A stretch of DNA of 64,000 bases. It comes from Escherichia phage MN03. The stretch lies in the sequence record NC_070990.1, one strand, 5' to 3'. A program made the translations under genes and the position numbers. The notes beneath the pieces were generated by a model. It worked only from the letters and a program-made list of their open reading frames with translations. It was not told the origin of the DNA and did no database searches. Each line of letters begins with the position of its first letter. Positions within the stretch are counted from its first letter, which is position 1. Shown here piece by piece: positions 9,766 through 19,406 of the stretch.

Positions 9766-12700
9766 ATGGCGCTGTATCCAATAAAGTCACTAGGTGCTGT
9801 AGGCGTTATCGCTGATCAGGCTCCGACAGACTTAGCTCCTAATGCTTTCACTAATGCTATAAATGCTCGATTTGTTGAGCAGAGAGTATTTAAGACGGGG
9901 GGCAATGCCCCTCTTTCTTATGTAGATGAAGATAAGGATTTAACCCCTCTGTCTTTCGTTTCTATGCCTTTCGATTATTATAGCGCAGGTAATAGCTTTC
10001 TTGTTGTAGGTACGGATAAGAAGTTATATAAACTGACAGATGAAAGCTTGACTGATATTAGCCGTAAGGTTGCTACAGTCACTAAGAAGGCTTCTGCCTC
10101 AATTAAGATTTATCCAGTTGTTTCTCAGATCGTTCCTAAAGAATCAACTATCTCAATGAACTTCAATCAGACCAAGAATCTAGAGGTTTCTCTTCTCCCT
10201 GCTGATGCTAACAATACTGATCTTATTTGGGAGGTTAGTAACTCATCCTATGGAAGTATTGCGGTAGACCCTAGTGACTCTAAACTTGCTACTCTAACAT
10301 CTTTTGAGAAAGAGGGTAATCTTGTAGTAACTATCTCTACTGCCAATGAATCCGTAGTGGCTCAGATTGCTGTTAATATTATCGACGGTGATTCAGGCAT
10401 CTTCTTGAGTCAAGACACTGTTACAATTCGTAAAGGGGGGACTACTACTCTCACGGCTGTTACTGGCAAAACTCCTGTAACTTGGTCCAGCAATAACGCT
10501 TCTATTGTATCCGTAACCCCTAACGCCAACTCTTTAACTGCTGTCATTACAGCGAATGGAGAAGGTAATGTAACAATCACTGCTGATAACGGAACGAAGA
10601 TTGCTTCTTGTGAGGTTGTTTCCATCCCTCAGATTGATAGTATCTCTTTAAGCCAGTCAGATGTTACTGTTAGTAGAGGTTCTCAGTATATCTTAACTGC
10701 TACCCTTTCTCCTGCTAACGCCCCTAATCAAAATATTACTTGGACCTCTTCTAATCCAAATATTGCAACAGTATCAGGGACTAGCACACAAGGGACGATC
10801 AACGCTCTACTTGCTGGTTTTACTGAGATTACAGCTACCACTGAAGAAGGTAACAGAGTTGCTGTCTGTACTGTACGTGTGGATTTAGCTGGAAGGACAA
10901 TGAGAACAAGTGCTATGGCATTTGCCGCTCCTGTGTCAGAGTCAGTAGAAACTCAAGAGGAAGAAGTAGTAACTCCTCCTGAAAGTGAAGAGACGGTTTA
11001 TTTTGCTGAGCCTACATCCGGTATTGATACGTCAGGGATGTACGAAGGTAATAACTTCTATGACTACTCTAACGTGAATGACATTGAAGGTTTTGCAAGA
11101 GCTTCTTTACTGGCAACCCCTTTGTCATCTGTAACCTTAGATATTGTCAGTGCTTCTCTTGATGTTGGTGAAGAGATTGTCATTACAGCCACAGCTTCTC
11201 CAGAAGGTGAGTACTCTTATCAGTGGTCTGTTGATAAAACTGGTTATGTTTCTACAACCTCAGTTACTGGTAAATCTATCAAACTGGTTGCTCTTCGTAA
11301 AGGGGAGATTAATGTAACATGTACTGTCAGTCAGATGACTCAGAAAGATTACGATGCTTTTGATGACTATCCTTGGTATCACGCTGTTATCTCTAACTGT
11401 GCAGTTGCTACAACTCACTATGAAACTCCTCAGGTAAAAGAATTCGAATCAGAATACTTTGTAGACCTTCCGGGATGGGGTGAGCAAACAGTTGTGGATA
11501 ATGATGGAAACCCTTCAGTCAAGAAGTTTAACTGGAAATGTGAGAGAGTAAGATCTTTTAACAACCGTCTTTTTGCTCTGAATATGAGAGAGGCTAATGC
11601 TTCTGGTGTTACCACTAACTATCCGCTTCGTCTTCGTTGGTCTAACTTTGCCAATGAGAACAAGGCTCCTACACTGTGGGATGACTTTGCCTATGATCGA
11701 GTTGTGTCTTCGGACTTAGCTTCTAACATCGTAGGGCAGACTCAGGCTCTAGAGAATGGGTATGCTGGTTACATTGACTTAGCTGACTCTAATGGTAGCT
11801 TGATTGATATCCTGCCTCTTAAAGATTACTTGTTTGTTTATACAGAGTTTGAAACGTATATTGGTTCTCCAACTAATAACACGTACCAACCTCTAATGTT
11901 CAAGAAGCTTTTTAACGACTCTGGTATCCTTGCTCCTGAGTGTGTGGTTGAAGTAGAAGGTAGTCACTTCGTAGTTACTCAGAACGATGTAATCTTACAC
12001 AACGGTGCAACTAAGAAATCAATTGCATCTAACCGTGTCAAGAACATGCTGATTAACGAGGTGTGTCTGGTTAATCCTTTAGCAACTCGAGTACACTTGC
12101 ATCAGGATAAGAAAGAGGTTTGGGTTCTGTATGTAGGTCCGGGGGAGCCAAAAGAAAGCTTCGCTTGTACTAAAGCTGCTGTATGGAACTACGAGTTTGA
12201 TACTTGGTCCTTCCGTACTATCCCATATGCTCAGTGTATTGGTCTGGTTGATCCTCCTGTTTTAGAAAGAGGTCCAATCTGGTCCGACTTCCAAGAAATC
12301 ACTTGGGATGATCCATCTATTAAAGAACTCGTTTGGAGAAAGGATGCAACAAACTTTAGACAGAGGGTTACGATAGTAGGTTCATTCTTGAAGGGATTCT
12401 ATCAAGTGGATGTGGGTGCTCTTGATTACTTCTATGACAGGCTAAATGATGTTGTTATAGAGAAGCCTCTGGAAATGAGGTTGGAGAGGACTGGTATAGA
12501 TTTTGATAATGTGACGAATGAGTGGAATCAGAAGCATATTAACAGGTTCCGACCTCAGACAACTGGTTCAGGTACTTACATATTTGAAGCTGGTGGTAGT
12601 CAATTCTCAAATGAATATGGACACCCACACACATCTAAGACATATACGATCGGTGTTGACAGGCATGTCTCGGTGAGACTGAACCATCCATACCTTTTCT

Positions 12701-12783
12701 ATAATGTTATAGATAATGATGTTAATAGTAATGCTGCTATCAATGGTTTAACGATAGAGTTTGCTGTTGGCGGGCGGAGATAA
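9766..12783 (+). CDS. large virion structural protein with tandem Ig-like (Big_2) domains
   Basis: AAGGAGG RBS; about 4 Big_2-like repeats in the N-terminal half; 1005 aa. Confidence 0.55.
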   Translation: MALYPIKSLGAVGVIADQAPTDLAPNAFTNAINARFVEQRVFKTGGNAPLSYVDEDKDLTPLSFVSMPFDYYSAGNSFLVVGTDKKLYKLTDESLTDISRKVATVTKKASASIKIYPVVSQIVPKESTISMNFNQTKNLEVSLLPADANNTDLIWEVSNSSYGSIAVDPSDSKLATLTSFEKEGNLVVTISTANESVVAQIAVNIIDGDSGIFLSQDTVTIRKGGTTTLTAVTGKTPVTWSSNNASIVSVTPNANSLTAVITANGEGNVTITADNGTKIASCEVVSIPQIDSISLSQSDVTVSRGSQYILTATLSPANAPNQNITWTSSNPNIATVSGTSTQGTINALLAGFTEITATTEEGNRVAVCTVRVDLAGRTMRTSAMAFAAPVSESVETQEEEVVTPPESEETVYFAEPTSGIDTSGMYEGNNFYDYSNVNDIEGFARASLLATPLSSVTLDIVSASLDVGEEIVITATASPEGEYSYQWSVDKTGYVSTTSVTGKSIKLVALRKGEINVTCTVSQMTQKDYDAFDDYPWYHAVISNCAVATTHYETPQVKEFESEYFVDLPGWGEQTVVDNDGNPSVKKFNWKCERVRSFNNRLFALNMREANASGVTTNYPLRLRWSNFANENKAPTLWDDFAYDRVVSSDLASNIVGQTQALENGYAGYIDLADSNGSLIDILPLKDYLFVYTEFETYIGSPTNNTYQPLMFKKLFNDSGILAPECVVEVEGSHFVVTQNDVILHNGATKKSIASNRVKNMLINEVCLVNPLATRVHLHQDKKEVWVLYVGPGEPKESFACTKAAVWNYEFDTWSFRTIPYAQCIGLVDPPVLERGPIWSDFQEITWDDPSIKELVWRKDATNFRQRVTIVGSFLKGFYQVDVGALDYFYDRLNDVVIEKPLEMRLERTGIDFDNVTNEWNQKHINRFRPQTTGSGTYIFEAGGSQFSNEYGHPHTSKTYTIGVDRHVSVRLNHPYLFYNVIDNDVNSNAAINGLTIEFAVGGRR

Positions 12784-12789
12784 CAACAA

Positions 12790-12816
12790 GGGGCTTCGTG
12801 CCCCTTTTATTGTTTT
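12790..12816 (+). terminator. rho-independent terminator
   Basis: GGGGC-TTCGT-GCCCC hairpin plus TTTTATTGTTTT. Confidence 0.65.
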
Positions 12817-12826
12817 GGAGGAACTT

Positions 12827-13795
12827 ATGGGTGCAGGTGGTTTTCGTAAGAATACTGGTCGCAACAACACCACACTCCCGTACAACGTTGGGTTTCTCAA
12901 TAATGTACAGGACACAGAAACATATAACGTAGCCGTGTATGATGAATTACAAAAAGTTAGCACAGCTACTAACCAAATGTTCCAAGCTATAGATGAAATT
13001 CACGAAGAGATTGATGTTCGTATTAAAGCTCTTAATGCAATGAATCTACAATTTGATGAGCTTGAGAATAGAATTACTACAGAGATAGAAACAGCTATTG
13101 CAGATATCCAAACCCAGATGGGGAACCTGTCCACTGAGGACATTTGGGATAATTCTGTTCAACCTCCTGTGAAGCTAGAAAGCACTGTATCTGGTTTTAA
13201 GACCAGCATCGAAGATAACACAACTAAAATTCAGACAGTAGAAGGTATTGTTAACGATCAAGGTCAAGAGATTGCTCTTGTTCAGACAGAACTGCAAAAT
13301 ATCAACGGAAGCCTTTCTCAGTATATGAAACTCTCTGAGTATGAAGCTACGTGGGGTGTTAACTCTACAGTCAACGGAAGATATGCTGGAGTCAAGTTAA
13401 CTAACAACGGAACAAACAGTCAATTCCAAGTAACAGCTAACAAATTTATTGTTGGTGATGGCAGCTCTGGGAATACCCCCTTCGTATTTGAGGGTGGGCG
13501 AGCTAGGATGGAATTCGCTGACATAAAGAACGTCAACATCACAACTGCTCAGATTGCCAACGCTAGGATCCAATGGGCACAGATTGATAACGTATCTATC
13601 TCCAATGCTCAGATTCAGAACTTATCAGCGGATAAAATCACTGCTGGTTCTATGTGGGGTTCTAACTGGAGACTTACTGTTGGTGGTGATTTTGTTATGG
13701 GTGGTACAGGTGGTTCTCAGTTGTGGATGAATGGTAATAGAATAGATTTTTATGATGGGAGTGGAACTCTTCGAATAAGAATAGGGAGTTGGTAA
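12827..13795 (+). CDS. tail fibre-like protein
   Basis: GGAGGA RBS at this ATG (the ORF-track start at 12761 overlaps the terminator hairpin); coiled-coil N-part and NVSISNAQIQNLSADKITAGS fibre-like motif. Confidence 0.5.
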   Translation: MGAGGFRKNTGRNNTTLPYNVGFLNNVQDTETYNVAVYDELQKVSTATNQMFQAIDEIHEEIDVRIKALNAMNLQFDELENRITTEIETAIADIQTQMGNLSTEDIWDNSVQPPVKLESTVSGFKTSIEDNTTKIQTVEGIVNDQGQEIALVQTELQNINGSLSQYMKLSEYEATWGVNSTVNGRYAGVKLTNNGTNSQFQVTANKFIVGDGSSGNTPFVFEGGRARMEFADIKNVNITTAQIANARIQWAQIDNVSISNAQIQNLSADKITAGSMWGSNWRLTVGGDFVMGGTGGSQLWMNGNRIDFYDGSGTLRIRIGSW

Positions 13796-13796
13796 C

Positions 13797-14831
13797 ATGG
13801 CATATGGAATATGGACACGCCCGGTTGGTCCGGGTCCAGCGGCACCTGCTGATATTTACATCGATAGTGGTAGCACATTCCCTCAACTCAGAAATAGAGT
13901 CAGTGGGAATTTCTCTTTTAGTGGAAATACCTGTGACTTGCCTATAAGTGGTTGGGATGGTAGTGGTCAGATAGTTGTAGTTCCAACAGGGTCTGTTGTT
14001 TGGGAGAGATACATACCTCCTAACGTAACGTCTGATGTGTATTGGATAACGGATATATCTGTTATTAATAACTCAACCTTCAGAGTTACTATGGACTATA
14101 ATGTAAACGGTTGGGTATTTGATATGGCTTTTAATGTGTATCAAATATGGCCTAGAGCTAACAGGAATTATGGAATCACATTCTCCAACTCTGCTGACTA
14201 TTTCTCAATATCCGATTCTGGGGTTGTTGGTCAATGTATTTGGGCTTGGGAGGGTGACATAAATGGTTCTCTTCAAATACCAGATATTGGTGGTTTTGAT
14301 ATGAGCCGAGCAACTGTCTACGCGAATTGGAGTAACGGTGGAGCAGGGCTGCTATACAATCCATCCAATAGGGTTGTTTATGTGTACCAGAACAGGTCTC
14401 ATGATAATGGTAACACAAACCAAACAGGATACATTGGTGGTGTTAGAATTGCCGTCTTCTGTGATGGTTCTGGAGTACCAACCCACAATGGTGGTTTAAA
14501 TATCTTCTCTCCAAATGGGTCTCAGTGTGTATTTTCTACATATAGAACCCCTTTTAGTGTTGAGGGATTTATGCCTATGAGTGGCGGTAACACATCTCTG
14601 GCCTATCCAATGATACCACTATCTTACGGAGCAGGAGCAATAAGAGGCAAGGCTAGTGGTTGGTATTTTCAACACACAAGATCTCACATGATGAATGGCT
14701 CTTCTTTCGGTACAGGTTTCGGAAGGATGATTTACTCTTGGAGTAGTCAATATGATTTAGGAGGGGGTGGTGCCCTCGGGTTAAGTATTCCAATATTAGA
14801 TGCTAGAAAGATATTCAGGAGTATACAATAA
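13797..14831 (+). CDS. hypothetical virion or tail protein
   Basis: Tightly coupled to the upstream gene; 344 aa. Confidence 0.4.
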   Translation: MAYGIWTRPVGPGPAAPADIYIDSGSTFPQLRNRVSGNFSFSGNTCDLPISGWDGSGQIVVVPTGSVVWERYIPPNVTSDVYWITDISVINNSTFRVTMDYNVNGWVFDMAFNVYQIWPRANRNYGITFSNSADYFSISDSGVVGQCIWAWEGDINGSLQIPDIGGFDMSRATVYANWSNGGAGLLYNPSNRVVYVYQNRSHDNGNTNQTGYIGGVRIAVFCDGSGVPTHNGGLNIFSPNGSQCVFSTYRTPFSVEGFMPMSGGNTSLAYPMIPLSYGAGAIRGKASGWYFQHTRSHMMNGSSFGTGFGRMIYSWSSQYDLGGGGALGLSIPILDARKIFRSIQ

Positions 14832-14840
14832 GGAGATATT

Positions 14841-15623
14841 ATGGCAATCAGAATGGGTATCGAAGAACTAGACCCAATGGTACAGCAAGCTTCAAAGAAG
14901 TATGGGATTCCTGCTGCTTTGATTCATGCTGTCATCCAAAGAGAGTCCAGTGGTCGTCCTACAGTGGCCTCTGGAACTGGTCCTGTAGGTTTAATGCAGA
15001 TCAGTAAAGGGTTGGCTAAAGATTACGGTTACAAACTAGAAGATAGACTTGACCCAGCAAAGAATATTGATATGGGCGCTCGTTACATAAGAGATAACTT
15101 AAAAGCTTTTAATGGTGATGTTAAGAAAGCAATGGTTGGTTATTCAGAAGGTATCGGTGGAGCTAAGCAAATGTTCGCTGGTAAAAAGGGGTTTACTCCA
15201 CAAGCTCTTGACTCCATGAACAATAAACACTTTCTTCCTTTCTATGGTGATGCAGCTTCTCAGATTGCTAACCCTGTTGGAGCTTTGCAAGCTGTTCAAC
15301 CAGTCAATCAGTTTAGTCCTGACTTGTTAGATAGAGAGAAGGCCGCACAAGCTCCAACTCAGGCAGAGATTGCTGCTTCTAAGACAGGTGCTTTAGGCGG
15401 AAATCCAGTAGAGTTTTACTCTGATGAAGTGCAGGAAGGCGAAAATCAGAAACCTCAACAGAACTTTGGTAATGCAGTATTAGGGGTAGCTGCTATGCTT
15501 GCTGGTAAACCTCCCACTTCTCAAACAGTTCAGAGGGCAAGTGCACCACATGCAGCAGGTTCTCAGTACAGTCCACAAACACAAGCAGTGCTCAGACGTC
15601 TGGCTAGCATTGGTGTAAAGTAA
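14841..15623 (+). CDS. virion-associated lytic transglycosylase (SLT domain)
   Basis: ALIHAVIQRESSGRP...GLMQIS motif of the SLT family. Confidence 0.65.
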   Translation: MAIRMGIEELDPMVQQASKKYGIPAALIHAVIQRESSGRPTVASGTGPVGLMQISKGLAKDYGYKLEDRLDPAKNIDMGARYIRDNLKAFNGDVKKAMVGYSEGIGGAKQMFAGKKGFTPQALDSMNNKHFLPFYGDAASQIANPVGALQAVQPVNQFSPDLLDREKAAQAPTQAEIAASKTGALGGNPVEFYSDEVQEGENQKPQQNFGNAVLGVAAMLAGKPPTSQTVQRASAPHAAGSQYSPQTQAVLRRLASIGVK

Positions 15624-15642
15624 TAATCTTTAAGGAGGACTT

Positions 15643-16695
15643 ATGTCTTTATTTGGAAAATCAGCTTCTAGCAAAACCACAGTGGCCCCTTCCTCTCAGG
15701 TTGATGCCCTGCTGAAGCAGATTGTTGCTAATGCTCAGAATATGCAGAACAACGATCCGGGATTCATCTCCCAACAACTGGCTGGGTTTAATGGCAACCA
15801 ACAGGGTGCTCTGAACAACTTAGCAGCTTCTACTACTCAGAAGCAATTGGCTGATATGTACACGCCTCGTACACAGCAAGGGTTGGACCAATTAAACTCT
15901 CTTGCACAGCAGTATCAGAATATTGTCAATGGTGGTGGTCTAACTGCTGATGGTGTTAATAACTTTAGTAAAGGATTGAATAACTCAGCTCTTGCTCAAG
16001 CGACTAGTAAGGCAGCTTCCAATGTATCCCTCGGAAATGGTTCTGATTCAGGCTCTCTCCGTAGAGCTGCTGCTCAAGGTGCTGCTCTGAACAGTGCTAA
16101 TACAAACTTAGCTCGTACTATCAGTGGCAAGAATATGGGAATCAGTGCTCTTCAACAAGACCAAAACTTCCAGAGGGGCTTACTTGGTGCTCAGTCAGGA
16201 TTGGCTGGACAGAATCTCAATCTTGGTGCTCAAGGTGTTCAGGCAACTCAACAAGCTATCCAGAATCAACTCATGGCTGGTAATCTACAACAGCAACAAG
16301 CCCAAGCTCAAGCTGATATTAATTGGCAGAACGCTATTGGCTCTCAACAGTATGGGTGGAATCAGCTTAACAACCAACTTAATGTATTAAATAGTGTAAG
16401 CCCAATGGCTGGGTACACGATTAAGAATGCTGCTCCGGGGGTTAATACTGGACAACAGCTCCTAGGTGCTGGTATCACTGGATTAGGTATTGCAGGTCGT
16501 ATGGGTGCTTTCTCTCCTAATCAACAGACTCAGAATGCTTGGAGTTCCTATAACAACTCAGGTGGGCAATCTGGAATGGCTGGTCCTATGATTGGTGGTT
16601 CTAATCTTTCTCAACAGAAAGGTCAGTCTAACTGGTTATCCACAGCAGGTAGTAATATCTTAGGTGGTGTCTTAGGGGCATTTGGAGCAAACTAA
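15643..16695 (+). CDS. Q/N/G-rich internal virion protein, paralog 1
   Basis: Starts MSLFGK; low-complexity Q/N-rich; Gly-rich hydrophobic C-terminus; paralogous to the next gene. Confidence 0.45.
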   Translation: MSLFGKSASSKTTVAPSSQVDALLKQIVANAQNMQNNDPGFISQQLAGFNGNQQGALNNLAASTTQKQLADMYTPRTQQGLDQLNSLAQQYQNIVNGGGLTADGVNNFSKGLNNSALAQATSKAASNVSLGNGSDSGSLRRAAAQGAALNSANTNLARTISGKNMGISALQQDQNFQRGLLGAQSGLAGQNLNLGAQGVQATQQAIQNQLMAGNLQQQQAQAQADINWQNAIGSQQYGWNQLNNQLNVLNSVSPMAGYTIKNAAPGVNTGQQLLGAGITGLGIAGRMGAFSPNQQTQNAWSSYNNSGGQSGMAGPMIGGSNLSQQKGQSNWLSTAGSNILGGVLGAFGAN

Positions 16696-16707
16696 AGGAG
16701 ATTTGAT

Positions 16708-17676
16708 ATGGGACTTTTCGGAGGCGGGGGTAGTAAAACTACTTCCCAAATGATTCGCCCTGAATACATTCAACAGTATATTGACCAGCTTAACCAACAG
16801 ATTGGTAATACTAGTTCAGGGGATTATGTTTATCGTGACAATGTAGGGTTTAATAACAATCAGACAGAGGCACTTAACAACCTAGCACAATCTGGCGCTC
16901 TAGGTACTCTCTCACAGCAGTATATGGATGCAGCAGGTCAAGGCTTGGGTTATCTAGATAATGCCTATAAAGGTTATCAGAGCCTCTCTGGACAAGGTGG
17001 GATTACTGGAGAGCAGATTGGTGCTCTCGCTGGTCAACTGTATGATGATGACGCTGTGCAAGCAGCCATTACAGCTAATAATGAACAGGTTCAACAGAAC
17101 TTGGCACGTAATGCTCTTCCTCAGTTAGCTCAACAGTTTGCTGGTCAACAAGGTTCAGGTGCTCGTATGGCTAAATCTTTTGCCCAAGGTGATGCTCTGA
17201 ATCAGATGCAAGGGCAAGCAACAGATATTACCAACAGTGCCTATAACTCAGCTATCAGCCAAGCTGAAAGCATCCTCTCTGGTAATAGACAGAATCAGGC
17301 AGCTGCTCTCTCTGGTCTTTCTAATATTGGTTCTAACCTTTCTAACCTAGGTCAGCAGGGTGCTAATTTGTCTCAACAGCAAATAATGAATCAATGGAAT
17401 GCAGGGTTGCAGCAACAACAGCAACAACAGAATGAATATGATAATGCCTACCAGAATGCTCAGAACGCAGCTAATTGGGGATGGCAAGATATCAATAACC
17501 AACTCGGTGCAGCAGGTGTACTTAACGGTGCTCTCGGACAAACTACAACTACTAAAACATCTGGTGGCAAAGGTGGTTTCCTTGGTGGAGCTATGAGTGG
17601 TGCAGCAGCTGGCTCTTCCTTTGGACCTTGGGGTGCATTAGCTGGGGGTGTAATCGGTGGGTTGGCTAGTACTTAA
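16708..17676 (+). CDS. Q/N/G-rich internal virion protein, paralog 2
   Basis: Starts MGLFGG; same architecture as 15643..16695. Confidence 0.45.
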   Translation: MGLFGGGGSKTTSQMIRPEYIQQYIDQLNQQIGNTSSGDYVYRDNVGFNNNQTEALNNLAQSGALGTLSQQYMDAAGQGLGYLDNAYKGYQSLSGQGGITGEQIGALAGQLYDDDAVQAAITANNEQVQQNLARNALPQLAQQFAGQQGSGARMAKSFAQGDALNQMQGQATDITNSAYNSAISQAESILSGNRQNQAAALSGLSNIGSNLSNLGQQGANLSQQQIMNQWNAGLQQQQQQQNEYDNAYQNAQNAANWGWQDINNQLGAAGVLNGALGQTTTTKTSGGKGGFLGGAMSGAAAGSSFGPWGALAGGVIGGLAST

Positions 17677-17689
17677 TTAGGAGATAAAT

Positions 17690-19339
17690 ATGCAACAGAC
17701 AACTTACGCTCAGGTCAGAAGTCGTGACCCGAGAAATACTTTCTATGGTGTTAATCCGGGAGCGGCTTCGGCCTCTCCTTATATGGCTAGACCAACTCAG
17801 ACAGCAGATATTTCTATGTATCAACGTCCTGCTATACCTGCTGGGCTTTCCTCTCTTGTAGGTCAAACTTCAGTAGATTATCAGAATATGTTGAATCCTG
17901 TTCAGAGTAATGGTCTTCCTTCTGATATCCCAAATGATGTACAACCTCAAGCACAACAGGCTGTAACTCTTCCTGAGTTTGAGAATCAAGAAACCATGCA
18001 AGCTGCTGGACTTTCCCCTTCTTCTATTCCTCCAGAATCAGAACCTCTTCCGGTAACACCTCCTACTAAACCGTTAGAAGCTGGTCCTATGGAGTTTACT
18101 CCTTCTCAGGTGGAACAGGCACAAGGTGTGATTAATACTCTTGCTCAAGGACAAGACGCTGGTGATGGAATGACTGCTGCTACTCGTGCTAAAGATCAGG
18201 AACGTGTTAACAACGATATCTTGCAAGTTGCGAAAGCTAAAGACCCTTCGGAAGCTTGGAACAAACTACAGAAAGAACCATTCTATCAGAACTCTAGTTT
18301 CTACACAGGTTTGATGGGTGTAGGTCTTTCCATTATGTCAGGTAAGTCTCCTATTGAAGCTTTCCAGATTGGTCAGGGAATGGCTAATCAAGATGAGACT
18401 AAGAAGCAACTGGAAGCTAACCGTGATGCTCTGATTGAACAAGGCTTCTCTCAAGACTCGATTGCAGCTGCTATTGCTAACGGAGACCCATCTCTACTGA
18501 AGATGAGATCTGTAGACCCTGCTCAGAAAGAAGCGTTGTATGCTGCTCGTGAAGAACGACAAAATGCTGAATGGGATAGACGTCAACAGATTCAAGAGCA
18601 AACTATGCGTGAGCGTGCTGATGAAACTCGTCGTGCCGCTGAAGAAAGAGCTAACATGAACTTTGAACGTCAGAAAGAGTTGATTGGTTATCGTGATAAG
18701 GTTAAGGCTGAACGTGCTGAACAAGCTGCTCAGAGTTTTAACTTTAACCCGAAAGAAGTTCGTCTTGCTCAGAATACAGCTGAAGGTACGGTTGCTAAGC
18801 AGTGGGCAGAGAAAGGTGGCCTGTTTAACCAGTCTAACAAAGACTTGGATTTGGCTGATAAGGCTGTTAAGGATAAAGACTATCAGACAGCTCGTTCTGC
18901 TTACATGCAGGCTATCATGAACTCCGCAAGGGCTGAAATCGGTGCTACTCGTTCTCTTACCGAAGAAGACTTGGGGCACTTTGCAGAAGACCCATCAATC
19001 TTCGTTCGTGTTGGCAACAAGTTTGCACTGAAGTCTGGATGGCGTCCTACTGATTCTGCTCTTGCTTATGCTCGTAAGCAAGCTAACGTTGGTCACACCT
19101 CTGCAATGAAAGGTGTTGCTGATGCTAAGAGAGCTACGATTGAAGCTTACATCGGTTCTGGTATGGATAAGAAGAGAGCTACTGCATTGGTTAACCGTGC
19201 AATCCCTTCTGGTGGTTTCTATGACCCTCTAGGTGTTTTCTCTGAACAAGCAGAAGAAGCAGTTGGTGGTGCAGCAACCAATCCTAAGCTTAATGGTGCT
19301 TTATCAGCTGTCGAAGACACTAGCTGGTTTACTCAATAA
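17690..19339 (+). CDS. internal virion protein
   Basis: 549 aa; Pro-rich N-part, hydrophobic segment, charged helical C-part; in the internal-protein block. Confidence 0.4.
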   Translation: MQQTTYAQVRSRDPRNTFYGVNPGAASASPYMARPTQTADISMYQRPAIPAGLSSLVGQTSVDYQNMLNPVQSNGLPSDIPNDVQPQAQQAVTLPEFENQETMQAAGLSPSSIPPESEPLPVTPPTKPLEAGPMEFTPSQVEQAQGVINTLAQGQDAGDGMTAATRAKDQERVNNDILQVAKAKDPSEAWNKLQKEPFYQNSSFYTGLMGVGLSIMSGKSPIEAFQIGQGMANQDETKKQLEANRDALIEQGFSQDSIAAAIANGDPSLLKMRSVDPAQKEALYAAREERQNAEWDRRQQIQEQTMRERADETRRAAEERANMNFERQKELIGYRDKVKAERAEQAAQSFNFNPKEVRLAQNTAEGTVAKQWAEKGGLFNQSNKDLDLADKAVKDKDYQTARSAYMQAIMNSARAEIGATRSLTEEDLGHFAEDPSIFVRVGNKFALKSGWRPTDSALAYARKQANVGHTSAMKGVADAKRATIEAYIGSGMDKKRATALVNRAIPSGGFYDPLGVFSEQAEEAVGGAATNPKLNGALSAVEDTSWFTQ

Positions 19340-19359
19340 GACCTAAGTCCTGCCTTCTA

Positions 19360-19368
19360 TAATGTATA
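19360..19368 (+). promoter_or_regulatory. TAATGTATA motif, candidate phage-sigma promoter
   Basis: TATAATGTATATA 38 nt upstream of the ATG at 19407. Confidence 0.45.
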
Positions 19369-19406
19369 TAGGGGGTAGGACATTTTTATTTATAAAAGGA
19401 GACGTT

